A stretch of 64,000 nucleotides of DNA from assembly GCA_048571215.1 (NCBI GenBank), contig CP182352.1, positions 1,760,001 to 1,824,000 on the forward strand, read 5' to 3'. Below, piece by piece: positions 41,607-49,960 of the stretch (positions are counted from its first letter, which is position 1; the number at the start of each line of letters is the position of its first letter). This stretch comes from Halarcobacter sp. Lineage in GTDB: Bacteria; Campylobacterota; Campylobacteria; Campylobacterales; Arcobacteraceae. The position numbers and the translations under genes were made by a program. The notes under the pieces are model-generated. The model was not told the origin of the DNA. It did not search any database and saw only the letters and a program-made list of their open reading frames with translations.

Positions 41607-41888
41607 CTAATCATGAGCTTGTTGTCTGTGTTTAAAATCAACAACAGCTACAATAAGCTTATTACCCTCAATAAGATAAAAAAGTCTATAATTTCCAATT
41701 CTATATCTATAATAGCCTTCAAGATTATCTTTTAACTTTTTAATATTTGTTCCATAAAAAGGGTTTTCTCTAAGTTGAGGATAAACAAAGTTTTCAATTT
41801 TTGAATAAAGCTTTTTATCTATCTTTTTTTTAACTTTTTCAAAAGTTTTAGTTTCTGCAATTTGATACTTAGACAATTGTATAGTCAC
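41607..41888 (-). CDS. RelE/ParE-family toxin
   Basis: 93 aa, basic; IKKLK...YRYRIGNYRLFY. Confidence 0.9.
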   Translation of the reverse strand: MTIQLSKYQIAETKTFEKVKKKIDKKLYSKIENFVYPQLRENPFYGTNIKKLKDNLEGYYRYRIGNYRLFYLIEGNKLIVAVVDFKHRQQAHD

Positions 41889-42105
41889 CTTTTTTGAAAT
41901 CTTCTAGTCCATCCATAAGGTTTTTTACAAGCTCTTTATCATTCATAATTTCAGCCATTTCATCATTTTCTACAAATTGTGAAGATGTCAAGTATTGCAT
42001 TGTTGCAAACTCTATGAAATTTGAAAGATTTCTTTTTTGACCTTCAGCTGCAAGTTTTATCATATCGTAAACTGAATCATCTACTCTCATAGTTACTGTT
42101 TTCAT
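41869..42105 (-). CDS. RHH-type antitoxin
   Basis: MKTVTMRVDD ribbon-helix-helix N-terminus, acidic C-terminus, overlaps the toxin start. Confidence 0.85.
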   Translation of the reverse strand: MKTVTMRVDDSVYDMIKLAAEGQKRNLSNFIEFATMQYLTSSQFVENDEMAEIMNDKELVKNLMDGLEDFKKGDYTIV

Positions 42106-42176
42106 AATATATCCTTTGAATATTTATTAATACTATTGTATTCAATTTTATTCATTTTGTCAATTGAAGATGTTTC

Positions 42177-42247
42177 ATATAACGGTTGACTTGAGAAATA
42201 TTTGACCCGCACTTGGGTCAAATATTCGCTCCAGCATTTTGTTATCT
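42177..42247 (-). mobile_element. Integron attC site (71 bp)
   Basis: Minus strand AGATAAC...CTGGAG-CG-AATATTTGACCC-loop-GGGTCAAATATT-T-CTCAAG...GTTATAT; upstream gene stop lies in the TAAC. Confidence 0.85.
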
Positions 42248-42544
42248 AATAATATATTTGATGTGCGTACCAATTTTATTATTTTTAATAATATCTATAA
42301 ATTGTTTTATCGAAACTTCTTGTTCAGATTTTATATAATCTCCACTCCATATTGAAGTAAATGTTATTCCATTTTTTGAATAATTGAAAATTTTATTTAA
42401 TTCATTAGATATATGAGCCAACTTACTTTTTTCAAAAATCCAAAATTCATCATTCCAATCAGCTTCATCTGAAAGAAAATCATGTAAATTAATATGCATC
42501 TTTTCGTAAGTATCCATTAAAATAATTTCAGTAATTAAACTCAT
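42242..42544 (-). CDS. Hypothetical protein (gene cassette)
   Basis: 100-aa ORF with AAGGA RBS, bounded by attC sites. Confidence 0.7.
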   Translation of the reverse strand: MSLITEIILMDTYEKMHINLHDFLSDEADWNDEFWIFEKSKLAHISNELNKIFNYSKNGITFTSIWSGDYIKSEQEVSIKQFIDIIKNNKIGTHIKYIIR

Positions 42545-42560
42545 GGTAATTTTTCCTTTT

Positions 42561-42614
42561 AAATAACCTTTGACTTCAGTGACGCTCTGTGTTCACTGCG
42601 AGGATTTGTTATGA
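42561..42614 (-). mobile_element. Integron attC site (short, 54 bp)
   Basis: Minus strand TCATAAC-AAATC-CTCGCAGTG...CACTGAAG-TCAAAG-GTTATTT; the upstream ORF reads into it (HNKSSQ*). Confidence 0.75.
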
Positions 42615-43435
42615 GATTTTTTAATTTCATCCATTGTTTTAAATATTGATTTTACCCAATGGAAATCTGCATCCCACGAACCAGAGGGTGAAATAAGTAC
42701 ACCTAAAGGACCATCATGATTTAAATAATCTAAGACTTCAGAGTATTTTAAATCAATTATAATATTCCCACACATGCCAGGACTAACTTCATATTCACTA
42801 AATAGAAATTCTATGCTTTCATTTTTAATGAAAAACCTAGGTATAAAACTAGGTTCGTCAAATCTACTAAAAAAGTCACAATCATTTTTATTTTTAATAA
42901 TATTTTTCACTTCTTCAAGTGCATTACGTTTAGCATCAAAAACATCAAAAAAATCAAAATAATTGTTAGTCTTTGGGTTGATGTTAATTGACCATACCGA
43001 ATTATTTCCATTTAGTGCAGGATAATGGAAAGTATACTGAGTCATTTTTATAGATAATAAATTTGGGGAAATAATTCCTTTTTCATAATTAGAATTGTAA
43101 ATTATAAGGTCTTCAGTTATTGACTGAAGGACATTTTCTTTTATTTCATTATTAATATAATCCAAGAATTTATTGGAAAAAAATGGATAAATAATTTGAG
43201 GATAAAAGATATTATCTATTTCTCTATCATGTCCAGCATATTTTATGTCTTTAAATGTATAAGGATAATCTATTTTCTTTACTTCCAAGGAGTTGAAAAC
43301 ATAATCTTCAATAATAGTGCTTATCTTTAATGTTGCAAACGAAGTTAATGGAATTATTATTGCAAGAACTAAACCAATATAACTTGCTTTACTTGGTATA
43401 GACCATTTTGACCACTGCCGTATACTTGGAATCAT
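42593..43435 (-). CDS. DUF3298/RsiV-like membrane-anchored protein (gene cassette)
   Basis: N-terminal TM, YPQI, LLSIK, FLFSEYEVSP. Confidence 0.7.
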   Translation of the reverse strand: MIPSIRQWSKWSIPSKASYIGLVLAIIIPLTSFATLKISTIIEDYVFNSLEVKKIDYPYTFKDIKYAGHDREIDNIFYPQIIYPFFSNKFLDYINNEIKENVLQSITEDLIIYNSNYEKGIISPNLLSIKMTQYTFHYPALNGNNSVWSININPKTNNYFDFFDVFDAKRNALEEVKNIIKNKNDCDFFSRFDEPSFIPRFFIKNESIEFLFSEYEVSPGMCGNIIIDLKYSEVLDYLNHDGPLGVLISPSGSWDADFHWVKSIFKTMDEIKKSHNKSSQ

Positions 43436-43465
43436 GCGATTTACCTTTTATAATATTTCATATAC

Positions 43466-43495
43466 TCATAACTATTTATTCAACATACATTATAT
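43466..43495 (-). mobile_element. attI-like site 1
   Basis: Minus strand ...TTGAATAAATA-GTTATGA; core is the exact complement of R'' (TCATAAC) of the first cassette; TAACTATTTATT recurs at 47048 and 49964. Confidence 0.75.
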
Positions 43496-43763
43496 ATAAA
43501 ACACCCTAAAAATTAATAAATAACATACACAAAACATGTCGTATATTAAGACAACAAGAATTACCTAAAATAGAGAGTTCTTACGTATTTCAGTATAAAA
43601 AATATTGCAATATGTCATATTTTTTAAATTTATTTTAAGTTTTTAATATAGTTTTTATGTTCATTTATTATCGATATTTAGATGATAATAGTACATTGTG
43701 TATGTATATTATGTCAATATCGTGATAAACCTACATTATGTTAAATTTATTGAGAGGTATATT

Positions 43764-43805
43764 ATGGATAAAAAACTATTAGATATTATGAGAGATAAAT
43801 TCTAA
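43764..43805 (+). pseudogene. intI: Integron integrase N-terminal stub (MDKKLLDIMRDKF*)
   Basis: GAGAGG RBS; divergent from attI at the normal intI position; resembles the KLLD..RDKIR start of IntI proteins. Confidence 0.65.
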
Positions 43806-43810
43806 ATATT

Positions 43811-44706
43811 CACTTTTTTATTGAAAAAAGTAAAATAAAAACAACCCACAGATTTCGAAGGTGAAACTTCCCTCGCTTATTATTTCACTTTTCTGTTTTT
43901 CAAAACTCGCTCTTGTGCTTGCACTCTCTGTGAGAAAACGTAAGTTAGTTACGTTTTTTTACGCTCTAACAGTTGAAAAACTTTTCCGAAAAGCAAAATA
44001 AACACTCGGCTTCTCAAATGCGGGAAGGTGGGATAAGGACCTTTGCATTTTTTATACCATTTTATTTAAGCTGGTGTGATACTCAATTACTAAGAGAAAG
44101 TTCGAGGCTAGAGTATTTGTCCAGACTTTGTTGAAGCCGGAAGTTTTCTAATTATTTTCGGAGAAGACCGAGGACCGTTCAACTGGATAAAAGGTACTGA
44201 ATGTACCTTTTAGGAAAGCGTTCCGCAGGTCAGGAAATAATTATAAAACTGTAGGGAACTTTAGCTTCGACAACCGTCTGGTGGCTTTTGTTTTACTTTT
44301 ACCACTAAAAGTAAAGAAAGCGAAGAACTTGTTCTTCAAGACAATTGCATACAATAAAAACTATTTTCAAAATATTTGAGTGTGATTAAATTTTTACTGT
44401 ACGTCTTAACTTATTCCGACTTTCTTTTATGAAAAAGAAAGTAGCAAAGAAACCATCCTACAGGTTTCGAAAGTGAAACTTCCCTCGCTTATTACTTATC
44501 CTTTTTGAGTGACTAAAAACTTGCTCTTGTGCTTGCACTCTCTGTGAGAAAACGTGAGTTAGTCACGTTTTTTTACGCTTCAAACAGTTTAGTCACTTGT
44601 TTTCAAAAGAGATAAATAAACACTCGGCTTCTCAAATGCGGGAAGATGGGAAACTGACCTTTGCATTTTTTAATACCATTTTATTTTAGTTGGTGTAATA
44701 CTCAAC
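43811..44706. repeat. Structured non-coding repeat array 1 (A1-B1-A2)
   Basis: A1 43811-44087, B1 ~44096-44344, A2 44419-44706; GTGAAACTTCCCTCG recurs at 43861 and 44473. Confidence 0.9.
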
Positions 44707-44752
44707 AATTATTATAAAAGTGGAGATTCATCCTCTAGGGTGTTATTTCGAA

Positions 44753-45430
44753 TTATTCTATATTTAGTAATGGATTTTCTTTATTGTTTTTTGTTAAATT
44801 TTCTAAAAGAGCATTTTTCTCATCTTTTTTTTCTTGATAATCTTTTTGTAATTCTTTATAATTATTTAATGTTTCTTCAGTCTCTTCTCTATCTAAGTAT
44901 GAAGGTAAGTTTAGTAACATCTCTGTATATGTTTCTATTATATTTTCGAGAAATTTTTCTATATCTAAGTTTTTATAATCATCATTACTAAGAGATGTAT
45001 AATTCCCTTGGGCTTCATCCACCGATATAGTTGGCCAAGGAAACTGTCTATTTCCTGCTTCATATTCAATGTTATGTTTGATTTCATCAAAGTAAAGGCC
45101 TGGATACTCTTTTGTTTTCATCGTTTCAAATAAAGTTTTATTAAAATCATCATCATTGCTGAAATTTGTAACTTGCAATAATGCACTTCCAAAAGAAATT
45201 CTCTGATCTCCATTTTTTGATTCTTCTAAATAACTATTCTCTTCGAGCTTTTTTCTTAATTCTTTTGCTTCTTCATAACTTAAATCTTTTAATTCAGATT
45301 CATCTATAAATACATTTAAATTACCTTCTTTATTAATTATATTTTCAAATAGATCATTTACTTTGGCAGAGCTTTCTGATTTCAAGTCACTCTGATAATT
45401 CGGGGATACCTGTGTTGTATTAATTACCAT
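44753..45430 (-). CDS. Hypothetical protein (gene cassette), paralogue of 25501-26253
   Basis: 225-aa ORF, AAGGAG RBS directly after the GTTATCC cassette start. Confidence 0.75.
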   Translation of the reverse strand: MVINTTQVSPNYQSDLKSESSAKVNDLFENIINKEGNLNVFIDESELKDLSYEEAKELRKKLEENSYLEESKNGDQRISFGSALLQVTNFSNDDDFNKTLFETMKTKEYPGLYFDEIKHNIEYEAGNRQFPWPTISVDEAQGNYTSLSNDDYKNLDIEKFLENIIETYTEMLLNLPSYLDREETEETLNNYKELQKDYQEKKDEKNALLENLTKNNKENPLLNIE

Positions 45431-45448
45431 TTTATTTACTCCTTATAT

Positions 45449-45583
45449 GGATAACGTTTGAACTTGAAAAACAAGGGTACAATAGCACTTGATTATTTCA
45501 ATTTTCATTTTAGCTTTTTTGTTCTAAAAAACTTAAATAAACCACTGTATACCCTTGTTTTTATTTCCAAAGTTTTATTAGAG
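45449..45583 (-). mobile_element. Integron attC site (135 bp) with mutated R'' box
   Basis: AAAAACAAGGGTA/TACCCTTGTTTTT 13-bp stem; R' GTTATCC; R'' reads CTCTAAT instead of CTCTAAC. Confidence 0.75.
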
Positions 45584-45588
45584 GTTCT

Positions 45589-46269
45589 TTAAAGTTTAAT
45601 TGCTTTTGTAATAGCAAAATTATACATTCTCCAATAACAAGCACTTTGTTGAAATCCAACTTCTTTTAACCAATCAAAATGATTTGATAAAATAATTGGA
45701 AAATCTTTTTCAATATGTTTTTCATACCAAAACTCTGGGTTTTCACCTTGCTCTTTCATAAACTGTTTCCAAAGAGAATATTGATGTTCTCTAACATCTT
45801 TATCTTCATCTATGATAATATCATTTGAGATATAAACTGCATTTTGATTTGCACTATTAAAAAGTTTTTGATAAAAAACTTTTCTCTCTTCCCAATTTAG
45901 ATGATGTAGTGTCATACCTGTTAAAATTATATCATATGATTTTCCAATTGAATCTATTTTATAATCCCCTTGAATTAATTCATAGTTATTTGTATATTTT
46001 GATATTTTTTGTTCGTAAGCATCTAGCATTTCAGTAGTAATATCAAATCCAGTGATATGTGAATTTGGAAGTTTCTTTAAAACAATTTCAGATAATACAC
46101 CATTACCACAACCTAAATCCAATATTCTATAGTTTTTATTTTTATCACTTGGTAATAAATCAGATATGATTTTATGTTGTTCCAAATATTGTGGAACCAA
46201 TCTAGTCATCAATGCTTCATAATCAGAAGCTTGTTTTGCGAAATGTTCTTGTACATTTATATCTTTCAT
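45589..46269 (-). CDS. Class I SAM-dependent methyltransferase (gene cassette)
   Basis: ILDLGCGNG, GFDITTEML, MTLHHL. Confidence 0.9.
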   Translation of the reverse strand: MKDINVQEHFAKQASDYEALMTRLVPQYLEQHKIISDLLPSDKNKNYRILDLGCGNGVLSEIVLKKLPNSHITGFDITTEMLDAYEQKISKYTNNYELIQGDYKIDSIGKSYDIILTGMTLHHLNWEERKVFYQKLFNSANQNAVYISNDIIIDEDKDVREHQYSLWKQFMKEQGENPEFWYEKHIEKDFPIILSNHFDWLKEVGFQQSACYWRMYNFAITKAIKL

Positions 46270-46275
46270 TTTATC

Positions 46276-46344
46276 CTCTAACGTTTAAAATGAGCCGATG
46301 AATTGCCTGTAGGGTAATTTATTAGCTCTCCTGATTTGTTATAT
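46276..46344 (-). mobile_element. Integron attC site (69 bp)
   Basis: Minus strand ATATAAC-AAATC-AGGAGAGC...GCTCATT-TTAAAC-GTTAGAG with an imperfect central stem. Confidence 0.8.
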
Positions 46345-46353
46345 TTATCATGT

Positions 46354-47028
46354 CTAATAGACCTCCATATATATAACTTTTAATTTTTGTATCAACCCTT
46401 TTTTGTTAAATTTAATCTCAATTTTACCATTGGCATTATAGTAGTAATATTTACAGTTAATAGGCTCCTTATTACGTATATCTTGCTGAAGCATTATTTT
46501 TAGTTGTTTATTTGGTAATTTCAATCTTTTTTCGTAAAGATATTCTTGTTTCGCATCTGTTGCTAATGTAGGGTTCTGTAAATATTTTGATATTTGTTGT
46601 CTATTCATTCCAACTGCTAGACCAGATTTTGTACTGATACCTTGATATAGTTTATCGGTTTCTATGCAATGAGTTTGATTAATTTCTTGAGAATCGTCTG
46701 TAATTGAAAATCCATAGTAGTCCCAACCAGCATATTTATAATAAATTACTCCTACGCTTCTGTCTCTTGAAATATAACATGCTTCTTCATCACAAGAAGC
46801 ACATCCAGGTTTTCGCTTAAACGAATTGATCTCACCATAATATTTTTTTAAATCTTCAAAACTATGCTTGCCTATTGTTAGTCCAAGTAAAGTTTTATGT
46901 GATTCGTCCATTGTCATGCCAGAGACTTTGTTATCAACTTCAAGAACAGAAGGTGACAACTGACACAACTCATCATTTGCATAAACATTGACAAATATCA
47001 GTAAGCTCAATGTTAATAAAAGTCTCAT
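46354..47028 (-). CDS. Hypothetical exported protein (gene cassette)
   Basis: Signal peptide ending VYA, several cysteines, GGAG RBS. Confidence 0.75.
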   Translation of the reverse strand: MRLLLTLSLLIFVNVYANDELCQLSPSVLEVDNKVSGMTMDESHKTLLGLTIGKHSFEDLKKYYGEINSFKRKPGCASCDEEACYISRDRSVGVIYYKYAGWDYYGFSITDDSQEINQTHCIETDKLYQGISTKSGLAVGMNRQQISKYLQNPTLATDAKQEYLYEKRLKLPNKQLKIMLQQDIRNKEPINCKYYYYNANGKIEIKFNKKGLIQKLKVIYMEVY

Positions 47029-47044
47029 TATCTAGTCTCCATTA

Positions 47045-47075
47045 ATATAACTATTTATTGAATATACATTATATA
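47045..47075 (-). mobile_element. attI-like site 2
   Basis: Minus strand ...TTCAATAAATA-GTTATAT; core is the exact complement of R'' (ATATAAC) at 46338-46344. Confidence 0.75.
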
Positions 47076-47208
47076 AATAAAGTACTTAAATACACTAATT
47101 TATTATATATTTGCAAAGAAAGGTTGTTTTATGCATGTTTATAGAAAAGATATTACATAATGTCAAAATCTAATTTTAAAGTACATTTTTTATAATTTAG
47201 AAATAGTT

Positions 47209-47250
47209 GTAGATAAAAAACTATTTGATATTATCTGAAATAAATTTTAA
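47209..47250 (+). pseudogene. intI: Second, more decayed intI stub
   Basis: GTAGATAAAAAACTATTTGATATTATCTGAAATAAATTTTAA aligns without gaps to 43764-43805; start lost, internal TGA. Confidence 0.55.
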
Positions 47251-47255
47251 ATATT

Positions 47256-48183
47256 CACTTTTTTATTAAAAAAAGTAAAATAAAAATAACCCGCGGGTTT
47301 CGAAGGTGAAACTACCCTCGCTTATTATTTATTGTTTCTGTTTTGTAAAACTCACATAAAAATATGCTCCTAGCATATTTGTTCTGTTCAAACAGTTACA
47401 AAACTATTTCGAAACAATAAATAAACACTCGGCTTCTCAAATGCAGGAAAGTGGGAAACTGACCTTTACATTTTTTTAGTACCATTTTTTTTGAATTGGT
47501 GTAATACTCAATTTATACAAAGAAAGTTTGTGGCTAGTGTATTTAGTCCAGACTTTGTTGAAGCCGGAAGTTTTCTAATTATTTTCGGAGAAGACCGAGG
47601 ACCGTTCAACTGGATAAAAGGTACTGAATGTACCTTTTAGGAAGGCGTTCCGCAGGTCAGAAGATAATTAGAAAACTGTAGGGGACTTTAGCTTCAACAA
47701 CGTGTCTGGTTGCTTTTTGCCATACTTTTTACAATTAAAAAGTATGAAAGCGGAGAGCTTTGCTCTACAAGACAACTGCATACAATAAAAACTATTATCA
47801 AAATATTTGAGTGTAAATAAACTTTTGCTGTACCTCTTGGCTTTCTCAACTTTCTTTTGTAAAAAAGAAAGTAGCAAAGAAATTATCCCGCAGGTTTCGA
47901 AGGTGAAACTTCCCTCATTTATTATTTATTGTTTCTGTTTTGTAAAACTCACATAAAAATATGCTCCTAGCATATTTGTTCTGTTCAAACAGTTACAAAA
48001 CTTTTCCGAAACAATAAATAAACACTCGGCTTCTCAAATGCGGGAAGGTGGGATAAGGACCTTTGCATTTTTTAGTACCATTTTATTTGTATTGGTGAGA
48101 TACTCAATATATATTTTGAAAGTTCAAGGCTAGAGCATTTCAGTCCAGACTTTGTTGAAGCCGGAAGTTTTCTAATTATTTTC
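47256..48183. repeat. Structured non-coding repeat array 2 (A3-B2-A4-partial B3)
   Basis: A3 47256-47511, B2 ~47522-47775, A4 47849-48107, B3 48118-48183 truncated; B core near-identical to B1. Confidence 0.9.
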
Positions 48184-48232
48184 CATTTATCTAAACACTC
48201 ACTTATTTACTTCTGTATTTTGTTATAGGATA

Positions 48233-48688
48233 CTATACTAAAAGCTCAAGAAATAGAGTATTTAATTGATTCTTATCTTTTTTGTTTAATTTTGAGAAAA
48301 ATAAATTATCAATATCTTCTACAATTTTTACAGACTTTATTGCTAATTCTATTCCACTATGTGTTAATGTTATCGTTTTAGCTCTAGTATCTATTTCATT
48401 TTCACTTCTTAATATAAAACCATTTTTTTCTAAAATTTTTAAACTTTTGGATACTGTCATTTTATCCAGTTTAGTATGTTCAATTATTGTTGTTTGAGTT
48501 GTAATGATTTCTTGTTCTTTAAACCAAAGCAAAGAAGCCAAGATAACAAATCCAGAGTGATTTAAATTAACTCCATCCAATGCAGTTTTTATTTCTCTTT
48601 GCCAAAGTGTTGTCACTTGCCATAATAAAAAACCAGAACTTTGTTCTGCTTTTTTAACTTGAAAATTACTTTCTTTTTTCATTTTCAA
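48233..48688 (-). CDS. MarR-family transcriptional regulator
   Basis: SSGFLLWQVT.LWQR, DKMTVSK.LK.LE..G.I.R, DTRAK. Confidence 0.9.
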   Translation of the reverse strand: MKMKKESNFQVKKAEQSSGFLLWQVTTLWQREIKTALDGVNLNHSGFVILASLLWFKEQEIITTQTTIIEHTKLDKMTVSKSLKILEKNGFILRSENEIDTRAKTITLTHSGIELAIKSVKIVEDIDNLFFSKLNKKDKNQLNTLFLELLV

Positions 48689-49097
48689 TTAACCGTATTA
48701 ATCTATCCATATCTTCACCTAACTTATCTGCAACTTCTTGAGCAACTATCTTTTTCCATAAAAAAGATAAAATTCCTTCTATTTTTATGCTTGCTTTAAT
48801 CTCAATTTTACCATTTTTTTCTGTAATTTCATGAATACCGTACATTTTGGCTAATGGGAACTTTGTTAAATCTGTAAAACTTTTATCTTTTTCAATTTTA
48901 ATAAGTTGAATTTTAACTTTTTGTCCACCTTTTAATCCTAAAGTAAAAAAATTACCCTCTTTAAATTCTCCATCAAGTTTTGCGTAATCAATATCATCAT
49001 TAAAAGTATGCCAATTATTTATATCTGCCCATTTGTTAAAAATCTCCTCTTTTGAAATATTTTCAACTATTCTTGAATCTGTTCCAACTAATTGCAT
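48666..49097 (-). CDS. SRPBCC/polyketide cyclase-like protein
   Basis: IFNKWADINNWHTFNDDI, SFTDLTKFPLAKM. Confidence 0.8.
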   Translation of the reverse strand: MQLVGTDSRIVENISKEEIFNKWADINNWHTFNDDIDYAKLDGEFKEGNFFTLGLKGGQKVKIQLIKIEKDKSFTDLTKFPLAKMYGIHEITEKNGKIEIKASIKIEGILSFLWKKIVAQEVADKLGEDMDRLIRLIENEKRK

Positions 49098-49268
49098 CTA
49101 TTCTCCTTTTAGTAAAAATATATATAATATGCAAGTTTACTATATTGAATCTAAAAAATTGCTTTTATTTTATAAGTCATTTAATCTTTAGGCACACAAT
49201 AAAAAAGCCTCCGCACTACTCAAAAGTATTTAGTCCTATACGAATTTTTTTAATAGTTGATTATGTGT

Positions 49269-49544
49269 TTAGCCAAGGATTTCATAGTGACGCTCAACAT
49301 TAGCTGTTAGTTTACCCCAATGAGATTCTTTAACTCTTTTTTGATGATATTCAAAAGCAACTTTATTCGAAAATTCCTCATAAACGTCAAATCGAAGAGG
49401 GTTTTCTGGATTTTGAGTGACCCTAAATGTAATACAACCTGACTCTTCACAAGTGATACGTTTATGGTTTACCAATTCACTTTTTATTAATTCAAGCTGT
49501 GATTTAGGAACCAAAATAAAACCTTTTAATGTTACTTTAGACAT
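49269..49544 (-). CDS. Putative quinol/antibiotic biosynthesis monooxygenase (ABM)
   Basis: EESGCITFRV, RFDVYEEF, AFEYHQ.R. Confidence 0.85.
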   Translation of the reverse strand: MSKVTLKGFILVPKSQLELIKSELVNHKRITCEESGCITFRVTQNPENPLRFDVYEEFSNKVAFEYHQKRVKESHWGKLTANVERHYEILG

Positions 49545-49626
49545 AAATATCCTTATTATAAATTAGACCTACTACACCAAACAATTTGGAACACAATTTG
49601 GAATTGTTTCGAGTGATTAACGTTTC

Positions 49627-49944
49627 TTAAATGCCGTAGTCACGTTCTACTTTCGATATACGAGTTTTGAATGATGAATACCATTTTTCATGACCAAGCC
49701 TTTGGGCTTCTTGGTGCTCTGCATTTGCTTTCCATTGCATTATAGACTCAAGGTCAGACCAATATGAAACAGTAATTCCAACATCTTCTCTTGCAGACTC
49801 TACACCTAAAAAACCTGATTGCTTTGAAGCTAATTCAATCATTCGGTTCGCCATTTGTCCATAACCATTATCACCTTCAGTACGCTGAGATGTGAAAATC
49901 ACCGCGTAATAAGGTGGTTTGGGTGTGTTAGCGATAAGAGACAT
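49627..49944 (-). CDS. Antibiotic biosynthesis monooxygenase family protein
   Basis: TPKPPYYAVIFTS, GFLGVESAR, ITVSYW, EHQEAQ.LG...WY. Confidence 0.9.
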   Translation of the reverse strand: MSLIANTPKPPYYAVIFTSQRTEGDNGYGQMANRMIELASKQSGFLGVESAREDVGITVSYWSDLESIMQWKANAEHQEAQRLGHEKWYSSFKTRISKVERDYGI

Positions 49945-49960
49945 TTTTAATCCTTTTTAA

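Noticed and set aside
44130..44275. GAAGCCG as group II intron domain V
   Set aside because: GAAGC pairs with a distant GCTTC around a long multi-stem insert rather than forming the ~34-nt DV hairpin; no intron RT
44700..44748. Complete attC after the 225-aa cassette gene
   Set aside because: Only 49 bp, and the apparent GTTGAGT end is part of the conserved A-element tail; treated as a half site
44740..44991. Plus-strand 83-aa ORF and similar short antisense ORFs (e.g. 14866-15426, 24397-24744, 37088-37468)
   Set aside because: Shadow frames opposite well-supported genes, with no recognisable motifs
47668..47877. 69-aa ORF inside repeat array 2
   Set aside because: Lies across B2/A4; the homologous stretch of array 1 has indels and no equivalent ORF in the track
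43811..48183. Repeat arrays as CRISPR
   Set aside because: Units are ~250 bp with conserved linkers, not 25-45 bp repeats with unique spacers; no cas genes
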